DNA of 64,000 nucleotides, from NCBI RefSeq assembly GCF_009914755.1, contig NC_060936.1. One strand, 5' to 3'. A model generated the notes under the pieces. The model was not told where the DNA came from and did not search any database. It saw nothing but the letters and a program-made list of their open reading frames with translations. Every line of letters starts with the position of its first letter. The stretch's first letter is position 1. The translations under genes and the position numbers were made by a program. This DNA is from the human T2T-CHM13v2.0 reference genome, Homo sapiens. Positions 1 to 13,763 of the stretch are shown here, piece after piece.

Positions 1-513
1 AGAGCCAGTCATCGGCTGCCCTCAGGTGTTGGGAGCCTGGTCCTCCTGGGAGAGGGATTTAACAAAGGAACGCATTTCAAAGTAGACACTGTGTTTTCCA
101 TCCTTTTTCTGAAGTGTTTTCAAACACACTCCCAGCTAAAAAGTCTTAGAAGTGAGAAAAGGAGGCATATATCAGACAACCCCCGAAGCAGCTGACAATC
201 CGGAGAGCAAAAGATAGGGTCAGATTGGAGATGCTGGAGTCCGTGTACATTCTCGCCATAGGAGGGCTTGATTTATTTTTGCCCCACCCACTGGGTCTCA
301 ACTTTGAAATGCTCAGTACAAAAGAATTGGACTAATGCCCTACTTGCATGCATTCTCTCCTAAAATGTGACGTGTCTGATTTCAATCCACTTTAACCCAG
401 TGTGCTGCGTCTTTGTTGTCAAAGGGTGTTGCATCTGCTTAAACTCACACATCTCGAAGGTTGCTGTGAAGGTAAACAGAAAGCAACGTAAGGCACGGAT
501 GTTGATTCATGTG

Positions 514-515
<2 letters not shown>

Positions 516-546
<31 letters not shown>
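516..546. repeat. (GT)n microsatellite
   Basis: Direct reading. Confidence 0.97.
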
Positions 547-549
<3 letters not shown>

Positions 550-1712
550 AATTTGTACAGCAGTACCTGCATCTCTATCCAAAGAAATCAAATCAAACAT
601 TAAGTGCAATTTCCCCCGACCTTTTCTCGCCTTTGTCTCTCTCCCTGGAAATAACAGTTGGGTATGAATCCTCTAGGGTGGATATTAAGAGAAATTAGTG
701 AAATTGGATTTTGTGCCCATAAATACGACCATTCTTTTAAACGTTCGCGAGGCTAGTGTATTGAATAGCATTCAAATTAAGTTTTTGTATGAAAATACCT
801 CTTGTTTATGATCGGTCACAGGAGTCTTGAGCCCTCAAGGAAGGCACAGAGGAGAGCTAGCGTATTTCAGTCTGCGTGGCCTTTGCTTGCTTGTACTTTT
901 GTGGATCAGTTAATTTTTTATACAAGTGAAATATAGTTAACATTTCGTTTTCATTTTAAACATTTGTTAATTATAGACACAATTTACATGGTCTATATAA
1001 TATAGATTACCTATAGTATATGTTTATATATGCACACACATATATGAATATATATAATGTTCTGGCTAAAATCTGACTATGTGCTTTAAGAATTTCATGG
1101 TAACATTAAAGATTATTTGTGATTACTAGTATTATCAAGTATTACAATATTCTCTATTAATTACTGGTATTATCGAGAAAACTATAACCTAAAATATTCA
1201 GATTTAAGAATTTCTGATTATCAGTGCTGCTAAGGTGTGGCAATTTTTTGCAACAAGACAGTCTAAAATTCGTATTTTGAAAAAGCTGAAAGAATATTCC
1301 CCCAGTGATAAACTTTTTGCATAAGCAAGATATAAATTTGTAGGACTGGTATAACTGGTTGGTGATTAGAATTTGCCAGAGCACTCTGGCCCCACACGCC
1401 TGCCTGTCTCCCCAGAATAATTAGAGTAGAGACTGGGGCCAGACTGACTCATCACCTGAACTTTCCACCAAGTACCGGAGGTATCCACCCCAGAATGTTA
1501 CTCATATGTGCTGAGATGTTATTTCTGGAAGATCCCTATTAGAGAACACAGATGTTCACGTAAGCCACAGTAACATATAAAGCCATTATCACCCATTCTC
1601 CCTCCTGCTGTCCAGAACAAAATAAAAATTATAGTTTTGACTCTTAGAGAGTGTTTGGATTAGATTGTAGGCAAGGCTACGGAGGACAAACTGGAATGGG
1701 CTGCCATGGATC

Positions 1713-1761
<49 letters not shown>
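1713..1761. repeat. (TG)n microsatellite
   Basis: Direct reading. Confidence 0.97.
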
Positions 1762-1765
<4 letters not shown>

Positions 1766-2014
1766 TTTAAAAATCTATTTCTATATGTATCTTCACATAG
1801 ATAGTTCCTCAACCTCTTATCCAAACTCCCTAGGTCCAGATGTGTTTTGAAATTTGGGCAGTGTCTTATAATAACAGTCAGATTTCTGTAGTGAAATTAT
1901 GTATGTTCACACTGTGTCATCGTAATAAGGCTATAAATAGCCTCATTTCTTATTGCAAAGTGTAAGGTTTCCAGAGCTGTTGGATGTAGGCCAAGAAAGA
2001 ACCATAGACTTGGA

Positions 2015-2165
2015 TTAACTCATTTAACTCTTGGAACAACCTGAAGAGATTGATAATATTATTTCTATTTTATGGATGAGGAAGCTGAAGCACTGAGAGA
2101 GCTGAGGACCGTGTGGCAGAGCCGGGATTCGAACCAGGGCACGTGACTTCACCCCACACTGCGCT
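2015..2165 (-). mobile_element. MIR SINE
   Basis: GATGAGGAAGCTGAAGCACTGAGAG...GGCAGAGCCGGGATTCGAACC matches the reverse MIR core. Confidence 0.8.
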
Positions 2166-3369
2166 GCCTCTGTAGATGATGGTTTATAGAAACAACATGT
2201 GACACTGTCCTGTGTTGGTTTTGTCAACCCATTACATTCACTCAGGCACAGAAAAACAGAAAGACAAACTTAGTGTGAAAATAGTGTAAAGAAAAATTTG
2301 ATGATGATATGACATATTAGAGATTCGGGATCTCTCACTCAAACTTATACAGACATCATTCAGTTTGTCCTTTGAATTCAAAATTACCCCCATGACAGCG
2401 GTGCTGTGTGTGAATACAGGTACACCTGGAGAGACCACCGTATCTGTGTAACCAAAAGTATTTTTGCAATACACACATGCACTGTATTTTGCAGATTCCT
2501 GAAAGAGACTGCCTGGGTCAAAAATTCTGCTCTAATATGAGGCCAAAGGTTCCTGACCTATCTTTGTCTCAGTCTTCTCATCTGTAGGATGGGAGACGGA
2601 CATAAAACCCAGGGAGTTATTAAAAAATTTACCCGCTGTCTCTCCACGGCCTTTAGGTCTGCACGCCAGCCACTTTGAGAGGATCAATTGCAGAGATGTG
2701 CCGGGCTTTGCTTAAATTGGCCTTCATCCAGTTTCAGCGTTCAAAGCAGGAACGGTGGGAAATGAGAGGGAGATGGCCTGTGCCCATGTGGGCTGCCCCT
2801 CACTACACCCACAGCCAGCCAGGCATTCAGATGCCCCCTCTGCGGGCCTGTCTGTGTTTCTTTCTGCAACTCTGTCTTAAGGGAAGGACTTCAGGGGCAC
2901 AGGAAATTCCCACATCAAAGGGTAAATGAGGAAATGCTGCTGACGTTCCCAGGACCCTCCCGATGAATCCTAAACCACTAATTTAATTTGAAGGATGCTC
3001 ACCTAAAAGCAAGTAAGGCCTGACCTGTAAAAGTGAGGTCATTCCCACCAGGTGGCTGAAAACACTATGTCCCAAGTAAAATGGATTGTATCATAGGAAC
3101 CGTGAGCATGTCCTCACTGAACACAATTTGACAGTTTCAAAGTCCTCTGCATTCTAAATTGAGAAAGAAGAGTCATTGACAGGCTACTAATATTACTGTT
3201 ACAACTAACACTCACACTGATCACCAAATTAATCATGTGGAATAACTAAAAATGACACATTGCTCAGCTAACATTTCTTTGCCAGGAAAAGCTTGTTTCT
3301 AACAGTCTTTCAGCCAGCTTGAAGCTTTTACTCTTTGTTCAGCAAACACTGTGATTCCTTTGAGCTCTT

Positions 3370-3750
3370 GTATCAGTCAGGATGGTCTAGGTTATGCTGC
3401 AGTAACAAATAAGCCCCAAGTATCAGTGCCTTAAAAGAACAAATGCTTATACTTTGTGTTACGAATTCACTGAGAGTTGTCTGCAGCCATTCTAGGACCT
3501 GGCAGAGAAGACTCATCTGGATTGTGGAGGGGTTTCTAAGGCAGAGGGGAAGAGAGAAAACATGGGAAAACCAAGCACTGGTTTTGAAGCTTTCTGCCAG
3601 ATGTTTTGCAAGCCACTTGCACTTATACTTCATTGACCAAAGCAGGTCATGTGGCTGCTATGGCTCTCAAGGAAGTGGAAAGTACACCCTACCAGGGGCA
3701 AGAAGAGGGGAGGTGAAAGTATTTGGTGAAGAGTGCTGATAATTGCTACA
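3370..3750 (-). mobile_element. Old MaLR LTR (MLT1K/L-like)
   Basis: TCAGTCAGGATGGTCTAGGTTATGCTGCAGTAACAAA terminus typical of late MLT1 subfamilies. Confidence 0.6.
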
Positions 3751-4124
3751 TCCACCTGCTCTGACCCCTGTCTTAGTCCCAGGGAGTCTCCCACTTGATC
3801 TAGCAAAGCCTACCTCCCACTGGAGATATGGAGATGCCACACTCTCCTGAAGCTGCTGGCAGGCAGGTGACCCAGGCTCTGACCATCAGAGATATGCACT
3901 GGAGATTTTAAACCTGTCACTAGTGGAGGAAAGGAGAGATTGCATGGGATCCACCCTGAGAGATCAAGCAATGGATCGGCCTCCAGAGGTCGTCCTGGTG
4001 GGGAAGCCCTCAGGACAGATGGCAGTGTCTGTTTCTACTGTGGGAGCCCACATCATGCTCCTGCATGTGAACCCACAAAGCCTTGTTCTCTGGCTAACCT
4101 AGAAATTATATTTGCTGTTTAATA

Positions 4125-4350
4125 TCTTTTAATTTTAAATTGTGGTAAAATACACATAGCACAAAATCTGCCATCTTAGCCACTCAGTGGCATGAAATAC
4201 ATTCACAGTGTGCAACCATCACCACCATCCATCTCCAGGACCCTTTCCATCTGGCAAAACTGAAACTCTTTTCCCATTAAACAATCACCCCATTCTCCCT
4301 TCCTTTAGCCCTTGGCAAAACACCATTCTACTTTCTAACTTTATTAATTT
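4125..4350 (-). mobile_element. L1M (L1MB-like) 3' end
   Basis: ATTGTGGTAAAATACACATA...GTGCAACCATCACCACCATCCATCTCCAG. Confidence 0.75.
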
Positions 4351-5047
4351 ACCAATAACTATTTTCTGCTTAAATTAGTAAATCCTTTTTCTGCTTAAAT
4401 TAGCCAGAGTGGCTTTCTGTGGCTTGACATTAAGAACCTTGACTGATATTGACTGTAAGTGTTTTGAGGGCAGGGTTGGATCTCTGCCCTATTTTGTATC
4501 CTCACTGCTAATAGACAACTGTTTATCTGAAGCACTGAAATGATGAAAAGCCTATCATTTCAAATGTGGTTGCTCAAATAGGACACTGAATAACCCACTT
4601 CAATACTGAACACATATCTTACGTTCCGCCTATAGGATTAAAAAGAAGCATCCTTTTTTTTTAATCAAGAAAGACAAAGTAAAAAATTAATAAGAATTCA
4701 GTTTTTTGAGGTTATGATACATGAGAAATAGAGAATTTATGCCCTTGTGATGTATTAATGCTTTTAAGGGACTTCAAAATGAATCTATTCTGCAGAATAA
4801 TCAAGAATGTGGGTATGAACAGCTGGCATATTGCCTTATCCCAACTCTTGCTGTCAGATCCCACTTTCCTTCATAACTAATTGAATCTGCAGGGAAATGT
4901 CATTTGCCCTGAGATGCATTCATTTGTAGAGAGGTTAGAGCATCTGCAAGAATCAATCCAACAGTGAAAAAATAATAATAATAAAAAGCTGGGAAAGAAA
5001 ACAGAATGTGTCATTCAACAGAAATCACTAAAGGGAAAGAGAATCTA

Positions 5048-5370
5048 CTGTGGACTGAGTCGGATCCCTGCCCCCCAATGTGGTGGTGTCAGGAAATGAG
5101 GTTTTGGGGAAGTAATTAGGTTTAGATGAGGTCATGAGAGTGGGGCCTCCAGAATAGAATTGGTGCGCCTAATCATAAGAGATAACAAAGAACCAGCTCT
5201 TCTGCTGTCAACCAAGTGAGGACACAGTGAGAAGGCAGCCATCTGCAAGCCAGGAAGAGAGCCGTCACCAGGAAATGTATAGGCTAACGCCTTGATCTTG
5301 GACTTCCCAGCCTCCAGAACTGTAAGAAATAAATTGCTATTCTTTAAGCCACCCAGTCTATGGTACACAG
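5048..5370 (+). mobile_element. MaLR LTR (MLT1A/MSTD-like)
   Basis: GAGGACACAGTGAGAAGGCAGCCATCTGCAAGCCAGGAAGAGAG...GACTTCCCAGCCTCCAGAACTGTAAGAAATAAA. Confidence 0.85.
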
Positions 5371-7084
5371 GAGCTTATATGTATGTGTATGTGAGGTGGA
5401 GATACATTTTATGAAAAAAAAGTCAGGGGGACAAAGTGACAAATTGGGTATTACTTAAGACTGGGTAATGAGGGAAGGCCTCTTTGCAGAGGTGTCACTT
5501 GAGCAGTGTATCAGTCTAGGTTCAGGCCCTATGACAGAGGTCACAGCAGGTATTTCAGCAGAGAGAATCTAATACAGGAAATGGGTAACATGGGTGCTGG
5601 AGGACTGACACAGCCAAAAGGAAACAGAAAGAAACCCAGCAATGGTAACTGCAGATACTACTGTCACCCTAGGCTGGGGAGCAGGGGAAGAGATGGGTGA
5701 TCAGCACTTAGAAGCTCAGAGGAGGAGCCCTTGGAGCCATGGCTCAGGTCCCTGAAGAGGGGGTGCTATCCAGTGAATGCAGGAACCTAACGAGCTTGAG
5801 GAGGAGCCCCACTTCTGTTCTATCAGAAGCTGCTTCTGGGAGTGCTAAAGAAGCTGGAAGCTGGATTCACTGCTGATGTTGGGGTGAAGTGTCCCTGGCT
5901 GGACAGTGCTATTGCTGGGGTGGCTGCAACAGGGACAGCAAGCAAAGAGGTAGAAGGAGGCCCTTCTTGAACCTCGTGTTTTCTCTCTAGCACCGAGCCC
6001 CTGCCCAACATAACTGGTTGGCAGAGGAGAAGCATTCTCTGCAGAGGCCAGCCCAGGAATGCTGAGCAGAGCATTGGAGGGTAGGTTTGGAGCTGAGAGG
6101 TGACAGGTCAGTAACCAGCATGCACTGAGATCCAGAGGTAGTGAGAGAATGAGCCACACTAACACCCAGGGAGAAACAGTTCAGACAAAAGGGAAAGCAC
6201 TGGCAGAACCTGAGGTGAGAGTCTGCTTGTACATTTATGGGACATGGCCCATGTGCCATGAACAAGGGGAAGTAATAATGATTTCTCTACCTTCCTGATG
6301 GCTCATGTTTGCCTGACATAAATATTGACATTTCCTTCTATATTCCCCAAGTAAATAAATAGAGCTGCGTTCTGCCATTGTCTGTACTCTAAAGAGTTTC
6401 TCACAATCTGGCATTAAGCCTCTATGAATTGCCTACCTTCTACACTCCTTCTGAAGCTAATCAACGTTGCCTTAAAAGCTCAACATTGCCTTAAAATTTT
6501 TCAAAAGGTCATAGAGACTGATAATGCCATAAAGGTTTGGTTTATTTCTTTAGCCTCCATCTGGGACTTTCCTTCTTTTTCCCGCCTGGAATAGATGCAG
6601 GTCTGGAGGTGTGGCAGCCTTCTTGCAGCCACGAGGTCACCACATATATGAAAGCCATGCACTAAGGAGGGTGGAGCGGGAAGATAGTGGAGTTGCTGCA
6701 TCAGCCAGGCTTTTCCATCTCATGACTTCTTGTTATGTGAGCAAAACAAACCCCTATTTGCTAAAGCCACTAGAGTCAGGTTTTTGTTTTGTGGAGACAA
6801 GTGTAATTCCTAACAGATACTTGCAATATCTGTTGGTAGGGCTCAGTTTTGGACATTCGTTTGTTTCCCCAGTACCATAGAAAAATCATTTTTTTAGAAA
6901 AACATTAAAATTTTAGACATTGTCAACATAAACCTGGAATTATAGAATTGAGTTGTGCTCTTTCTAAAGAGAATCCACAGTTCTTTTATTTAGTAATTTA
7001 AATATCTGCAGTCTCTTAGACTTGATACCAAGATGGTGCTGATTAAAACAAACACTCCATGCTCAGGAGTCTAATTGCAAATGA

Positions 7085-7408
7085 TTTTTTTTCTTTTATG
7101 AGACAAAGTCTCATTCTGCTGCCCAGGCTATAGTTCAGGGATACAAACATGGCTCACTGCAGCCTCTGACTTCTGGGCTCAAGTGATCCTCCTGCCTCAG
7201 CCTCCTGAGTAGCTGGGACCACAGATGTGCACCACTACACCCAGCTTTTTAAATTTTTTTGTAGGGATGGGGTCTCACTATGTTGCCCAGCTGGTCTCGA
7301 GGGGTCTCACTATGTTGCCCAGCTGGTCTCGAACTCCTGAGCTCAAGCCATCCTCCTGCCTTAGCTCCCAGAGTGGTGGGATTGCAGGTGTGAGTCACCA
7401 CACCTGGC
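7085..7408 (-). mobile_element. AluJ-like element with internal 32-bp tandem duplication
   Basis: Reverse Alu consensus, diverged, with J-type GGGCTCAAGTGATCCTCC. Confidence 0.9.
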
Positions 7409-7457
7409 CGCAAAAGTTTTTTATGCAGGAGATATACTGTAAAAAGTTACAAGCCTC

Positions 7458-7872
<415 letters not shown>

Positions 7873-8529
7873 TTAAAGGCAACAACTTAAATAGTCCAAA
7901 GATGGCAAAAGCATGACTTGGCAAACACTACGAGTTCACAAGAAAATTTGAGAATGAGATGGCCTCAATAAAGGCAAAGTCAAATTTCATAGTGACCAGG
8001 CAGGATATCCATTATTCATCAAAACGTAAATGTATGTTACAAGAGTGGAGCGCAAGCTGTTTGAGAAGTGTTATTATTCTCCTGAGGAGGAAGACACAGT
8101 TGCTGGGGAAATGATGGTTGCTTTCACAGGCGGCGTACCTTATCTAATACAGTGGATTGGGTGTGATGACTTAGAGATCAATAGAGGACAAGAGCTAGAG
8201 CCAGATGATCTGGTTTAAATCCCAGCCCCAGCATCTCACAACAGGATCACCTCCAGTATGCGGTGTAGCCTTTCTGTGCCTCAGGATCCTCATTTGTGAA
8301 ATGGAAACTATAATAGCATCTATCTCTTGGAAACATGAAAAGTAAAATGAGCTATATTTAAAATAACCAGTTGTATCAACTATACGTCTTCAAATCTTAG
8401 ATGCCGTCCATTTTAAGGCCCACCATTAATTATATACCACTACTAATTAGGTTGACAGTTTTCAAACAGAACCCCAAGTATTTTGACATTCTTCTGTATA
8501 AGAAGTGGGGTTGGGAGGGGAAAGGCTTC

Positions 8530-11035
8530 CAGATAGAAAGGAAGAAGTAAAACTATCTCTACTTACAGATAACATGATCTTGCAAACAAAAAAGAAATCC
8601 TAAGGTATCCACAAAAAAACCAATAGAGTCCACAAATGAGCTCAGCAAGTTTGCAGGACAAAAATATCAACATGTAAAACTCAAAAAAATCTCTACACAC
8701 TAGCAATGAACAATCCAAAAATGGAATTAAGAAAACAAGTACATTGACAATAGCATCAAAAGGCATTAAATACCTAGCAATAAATGTAAGAGAAGTACAA
8801 GGTGTGTACACTGTCTAGAATATCATTTAAAGACCTAGATAAATGGAAAGAATATCTCATGTTCATGGTTGGGAAGGCTTAATATTGTTGAGATGGCAAT
8901 ACTCCCCAAATTGATCTACAGCTTCAAGGTAATCTCTATCAATGTTACAGTTGGCTTCTTTGCAGAAATTAATAAGATGATCCTAAAATTCACATTGAAA
9001 TGCAAGAGACCAAGAATAGTCTAAACAAATTTTAAAAAAAAACTTTCTGAATTGAAAACTTGGTACACTGTTACAGTAATCAACACAGCATTGTAATAGC
9101 ACAAGGATACACATGGAGATCAATGGGATGGAATTGAGAGTCCAGAAATAAACCCTCATATTTATGGCCTATTGATTTTTAAGAAAGGTGCCAAGAAAAC
9201 TCACTGGGGAAAATAATAGTCTTTTCAGTGAATGTTTCTAGGACAACTGGATATCCACAGAAATAAGTGAGATTCCTACCTCAAACCAGACACAAAAATC
9301 AACTCAGGATGGATCAAAGACCTAAATGTAAGAACTAAAGCAATACAACTCTTAGTAGAAAACAGAAGGGTAAATCTTCATGACTTTGAGTCGGCAATGC
9401 CTTCTTAGATATGCAACAAAAAGCGTATGAAACAAAAGAAAAAGATAAGTTGGACAACGTCAAAGTTAAAAACTTATGCACTTCAAAGGACACCATCAAG
9501 AAAAGACAACTCATGTAATGGGAAAAAGTTTTCGTAAATTGCATTTCTGATAAGAGACTCATATCTCAAACATATAGAGAACTCTTGCAAGTCATTAACA
9601 AAGTGACAAATAAGCCAGTTAAGAAGCAGCCATAAGATCTGAATAGACATTTTTCTATTCTTTCCAAAGAAGGTAGAAAGATGGCCAATAAGCACCTGAA
9701 AAGATGCTCCACATCATTAATCACTATTTGAATGCAAATCAATAACACAATGAGATACAACTTTATACCCCGTAGAATGCCAACAATCAAAAAGAGTGAT
9801 AATAAGTGATGGCAGGCAGGTAGGGAAATGGGAATCCTCATACATTACTGGTAGGATTATAAAATGGTACATGTCCTTTGGAAAATAGTTTGTCAGTTCT
9901 TCAAAAATTTAAACATAGAGTTACTACCATCCCACCCAGCAATCCCATTACTAGGTATACACCCAAAGGAATATAAATCATTCTACCATAAAGACAGATG
10001 CACGTGAATGCTCATTGCAGCACTACTCACAATAGCAAAGACATGATATCAACCTAGATGTCCACCAATGGCAAACTGAATAAAGAAAATATGGTACATA
10101 TACACCATGAAATACTATGCATCCGAAAAAAGAATAAGATCATTTCCTTTGCAGGGACATGGATGGGGCTGGAGGTCATTATCCTTAGCAAATGCCATAT
10201 GTTCTCACTTATAAGTGAGAACTAAATGGTGAGAACACGTGGACACAAAGAGGGGCACAACAGGTGCTGGGGCCTACTTGAGGGTGGGGGTTTGGAGGAG
10301 GGAGAGGAGCAGTAAAAAGAACCGTTGGGTACTAGGCTTAGTACCTGGGTGATGAAATAATCTGTAAAACAAACCCCATGACGTGAGTTTACCTATATAA
10401 CAAACATGTACATGCACATGTACTCCTGAACCTAAATTAAAAGTTAAAACAAATTAAAATAAACATAGAGTTATCATATGACTCCACAATTTCACTTCCA
10501 GGTACATACCCCAAAAAATTGGAGGCCTGTGGCCACACAAAAACTGGTACATAAATGTTCACAGCGTCTCTGTAATAGCCAAAATGTCGAAACTATCTAA
10601 GTGTCTATCTTGATAAACTGATAATCAATATGTGATATCCCCTACAATAGAATGTTATTCAGCCATAAAAAAGAGGAGAGTGCTGACACAGGCTGCAACA
10701 CAGATGAGCCTTGGAAACATCACGGCAAGTGAAAGAAGCCACACCAAAAGAAACGTCACCGATCATATGATTTCATGTATACAAGATGTTGAGAATATGC
10801 AGATCCACAGACCCAGAAAGCTGATCAGTCATTTCTAGGGGCTAAAAGGAAGAGGTGAGGAATGACTCCTAATGGGTATGGGGTTTCTTTGAGGGGGGGT
10901 GATAGAAACATATTAGAATTAGATAGCAGTGATGGTTGCACAATCTTGTACATATAATAAAAGCCACTGAATTTTACACCTTAAAGGGTGAATTTTATGG
11001 CATGTGAATCATAAATCAGTATGTTTTAAAAACAG
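8530..11035 (+). mobile_element. L1M (L1MB-like) 3' ORF2/UTR fragment, interrupted by a younger L1
   Basis: Decayed ORF2 RT/C-terminal sequence and L1MB-type 3' UTR. Confidence 0.88.
9924..10460 (+). mobile_element. 5'-truncated L1P (old L1PA/L1PB) nested in the L1M, 14-bp TSD TAAACATAGAGTTA
   Basis: L1P 3' UTR (GTTCTCACTTATAAGTG...AACCTAAATTAAAAGTTAAAA); TSD at 9910-9923 and 10460-10473. Confidence 0.88.
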
Positions 11036-11052
11036 ACAGGAAACCATGTCTT

Positions 11053-11385
11053 TTTTTAACTTTTATTTTAGGTTTGGGGGTGCATGTGCAGGTTTGTTAC
11101 ATAGGTAAATTGAGAGTTGCAAGGACTTGGTGTACAGATTATTTTGTCGCCAGGTAATAAGCATAGTACCCAATAGGTACCTTTTCAATCCTCTCCCTCT
11201 TCCTACCCTCTACCCTCAAGTAAGCCCCAGTGTCTGTTTCCTTCTTCGTGTCCATGTGCACTCAGTGTTTAGCTCCTGCTTATAAGTGAGAACATGTGGT
11301 ATTTGGTTTTCTGTTCCTGCGTTAGTTCACTTAAGATAATGGTTTCCAGTCCCATCCATGTTGCTGCAAAGGACATGACCTTGGG
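11053..11385 (-). mobile_element. 5'-truncated L1PA-type 3' end, TSD AACCATGTCTT
   Basis: Reverse L1P 3' UTR (GTGCAGGTTTGTTACATAGGTAAA...TATAAGTGAGAACATGTGGTATTTGG); TSD at 11042-11052 and 11387-11397. Confidence 0.88.
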
Positions 11386-11394
11386 GAACCATGT

Positions 11395-11745
11395 CTTGAT
11401 ACTGGGTTCTATAATGGCTTGACCAGTAGACTATGGTGGGAGTGACCCCCTGTCACTTTCTACTCCCTCTCTCAGGATGCCTGCTCTTTTCATGCCCTGG
11501 CCGCCATGTTGTAAGGAAGCTAAAGCAGCCTTTGGAGAAACCCATGTGGAAAGCAACCAAGGCCACCAGCCCTCAGCACCGGCCACACTCCCACCAAGTT
11601 AGAAGTAAATCCTTCACGCCCAGGCAAGCAGCCCTGGGTGACACCTCACAGAACAGAGACAAGCTGTCCCCCTGAGCCCTGCGCAAATTGAAGATTTGTG
11701 AGCAAGATAAATGATTGTTATTTTAACACTGCAAAATAACACTAA
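11395..11745 (+). mobile_element. MLT1 (G/H-like) LTR, 3' part; its 5' part is probably near 8450-8510
   Basis: GCCATGTTGTAAGGAAGC...CCCTGCGCAAATTGAAGATTTGTGAGCAAGATAAATGATTGTTATTTTAA. Confidence 0.65.
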
Positions 11746-13175
11746 GGAAGAAAAGTCCCTGCCAAATACAGTCTGACACAATGTCTTAATTATAATCTCC
11801 TGTGGCACATGAACCAGCTACCCCACCACTCTTGGCTGTGAAGTTTCTCTCATCTCTTCTGAGTGCCAGGGCAGTGCCTTTGGCCAAGCCTGGCACTGCT
11901 TGGCACGTGAGGGCTCATCCTTGTGCTCAAATCTCAGCTTCATCTATTTGTGGATGTCTTCCTGGATTCCCTAAAGCCTTTGGATGTTGCTTTGGAAGAA
12001 AAAAATGTGGAATTGGAGTCATTCCTCTTAAGACAACTATTTGCCTTTTTGATAGCCTACTGAGGCCTGCTTTTCAAAACCAAACCAAAGTGTTATTTTT
12101 TTTTTATAACACTTCAACAGTGACTAAACTCAACACATGTAGTGCTGACAGCATACATAAGTCACTGATGAACAGCTACGACCACGCGTGAGCCTGGGCA
12201 GGCTGTGATGACCACCATGTCACCACAGTGACCTGCCCAACAGCAATTCTAAGACGCCATTGGGGGCAAAGCCCATGTAGACGTCAGAGATGAAAGATGC
12301 TAGTCTTTGAATCAGTGAAATACAGCCTAAATGCTTAAGAAACGAGGCGGTGGCTGTTATTTGACCTCCACCAAGGGCAGCTGTGTGGCAATGTCATGGC
12401 TGAATTTGAGATGTAGTTGAAAAGGTAAAACCAGAACCGAGTTTTAAAAATCGACCCATTGACCTGTTTGTTTTTAATTAGGAAGTATACCCCCCAAATT
12501 GGCTACAGGGTGGGGGTTACTTACTTAGGTAAAATAATGCCATCGTGGCAAAAAGCGTTCACTGAAATTACCAAGTAAGTAAAGCCAACATTTCAGCTAG
12601 TTCCATGGAGATGGGGGAGGTGGAGATTTAGGTTTCAGGACCTGTTTCTCTGTTCAAAGAGAAAGGGGCCTCGGCATCTCAAGCCCCCGAGCTCCATGAC
12701 CATCTCTCACACACTGTCTTCACCTCCTGTGTTCTCAGGCAGCTCCATCGACTCAGTGACCAGCTCCTCCGCTGCCAGGGCTCTGAGGTCTTGGCTGCTC
12801 ACCCCCTGGGTTTGCCCCACTGTTTCTGATCGGCCTCCTTTGCATGTCTGCACAGCCCTGCCCTTCCTCCTTCCTGGATGGCCCCTCCTTGTGGCTCTTC
12901 CTGCTGTTTCCCATCACCCGGCCCTGCTGCTGTGAGGAGTTCAGGCCACCTGGGATTGCAGTGCTGGCCTGGCAGAGGCTTCCCTTCCTCTGTGGCCCTG
13001 GCTGTGCCAGCCTCCTGTCTGCTGCCCCACAGCCTGTGGCCTGTCCACTCTACACACGGTGCCTTTTGTCCCTGCGCCCATCCCAATTCCTGTCCTTCTC
13101 ACTCTTCCTTCAAAACAGCATTTTCCAAACATTTTGGAGTGCAGCTTATGGTCAGAAAAGCATTTTTATCACAAC

Positions 13176-13722
13176 TGTGCGTGTGTGTGTGTGTATGTGT
13201 ATGTGTATATGTGCATGTGTGTATGTGTGTGTTTGTGTATATGTACATGTATGTGCGTATGTGTTTTGTGTTTGTGCATGTGTGTTTGCATGTCTGTGTC
13301 TGTGTGTATGCATGTGTGTATGTGTGTGCGCATTATGTGTGTATATGTGGGTATGTGTATGTGTGTGCATGTATGCATGTATATATGTGTATGTGTGTAT
13401 TTGTACGTGTGTATGTGTGTCTCTGTGTGTGTGTATGTACCTGTGTGTGAGTTTATGTGGGTATGTGTGTACATATGTGTGTATATGTGTATATGTGTAT
13501 GTGTTTATGAGCATGTATGGGTGTGTATGTATGTGTGTGTGCATGTGCATGTATGTATGTGTTAATGTGTTTATGTGTATGTGTGTGTGCATGTGTATAT
13601 GTGCGTATGTGCGTGTGTATATATGTGCATGTGTGCGTGCATGTATTGTGTGTATATGTGTATGTGTGTGTATGTGTGTGCATTTGTATATATGTGTATG
13701 TGTGTGTCTGTGTGTGTTTATG

Positions 13723-13755
<33 letters not shown>

Positions 13756-13763
13756 GTATGTAT
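13176..13763. repeat. About 590-bp degenerate (TG/TA/CA) alternating purine-pyrimidine tract
   Basis: Direct reading; source of the C/V/M/Y- and H/T-rich pseudo-ORFs. Confidence 0.95.

Noticed and set aside
8530-11035. Possible active L1 reverse transcriptase
   Set aside because: 5'-truncated with many stops and frameshifts; the same holds for the L1 pieces at 18-20 kb and 35-38 kb.
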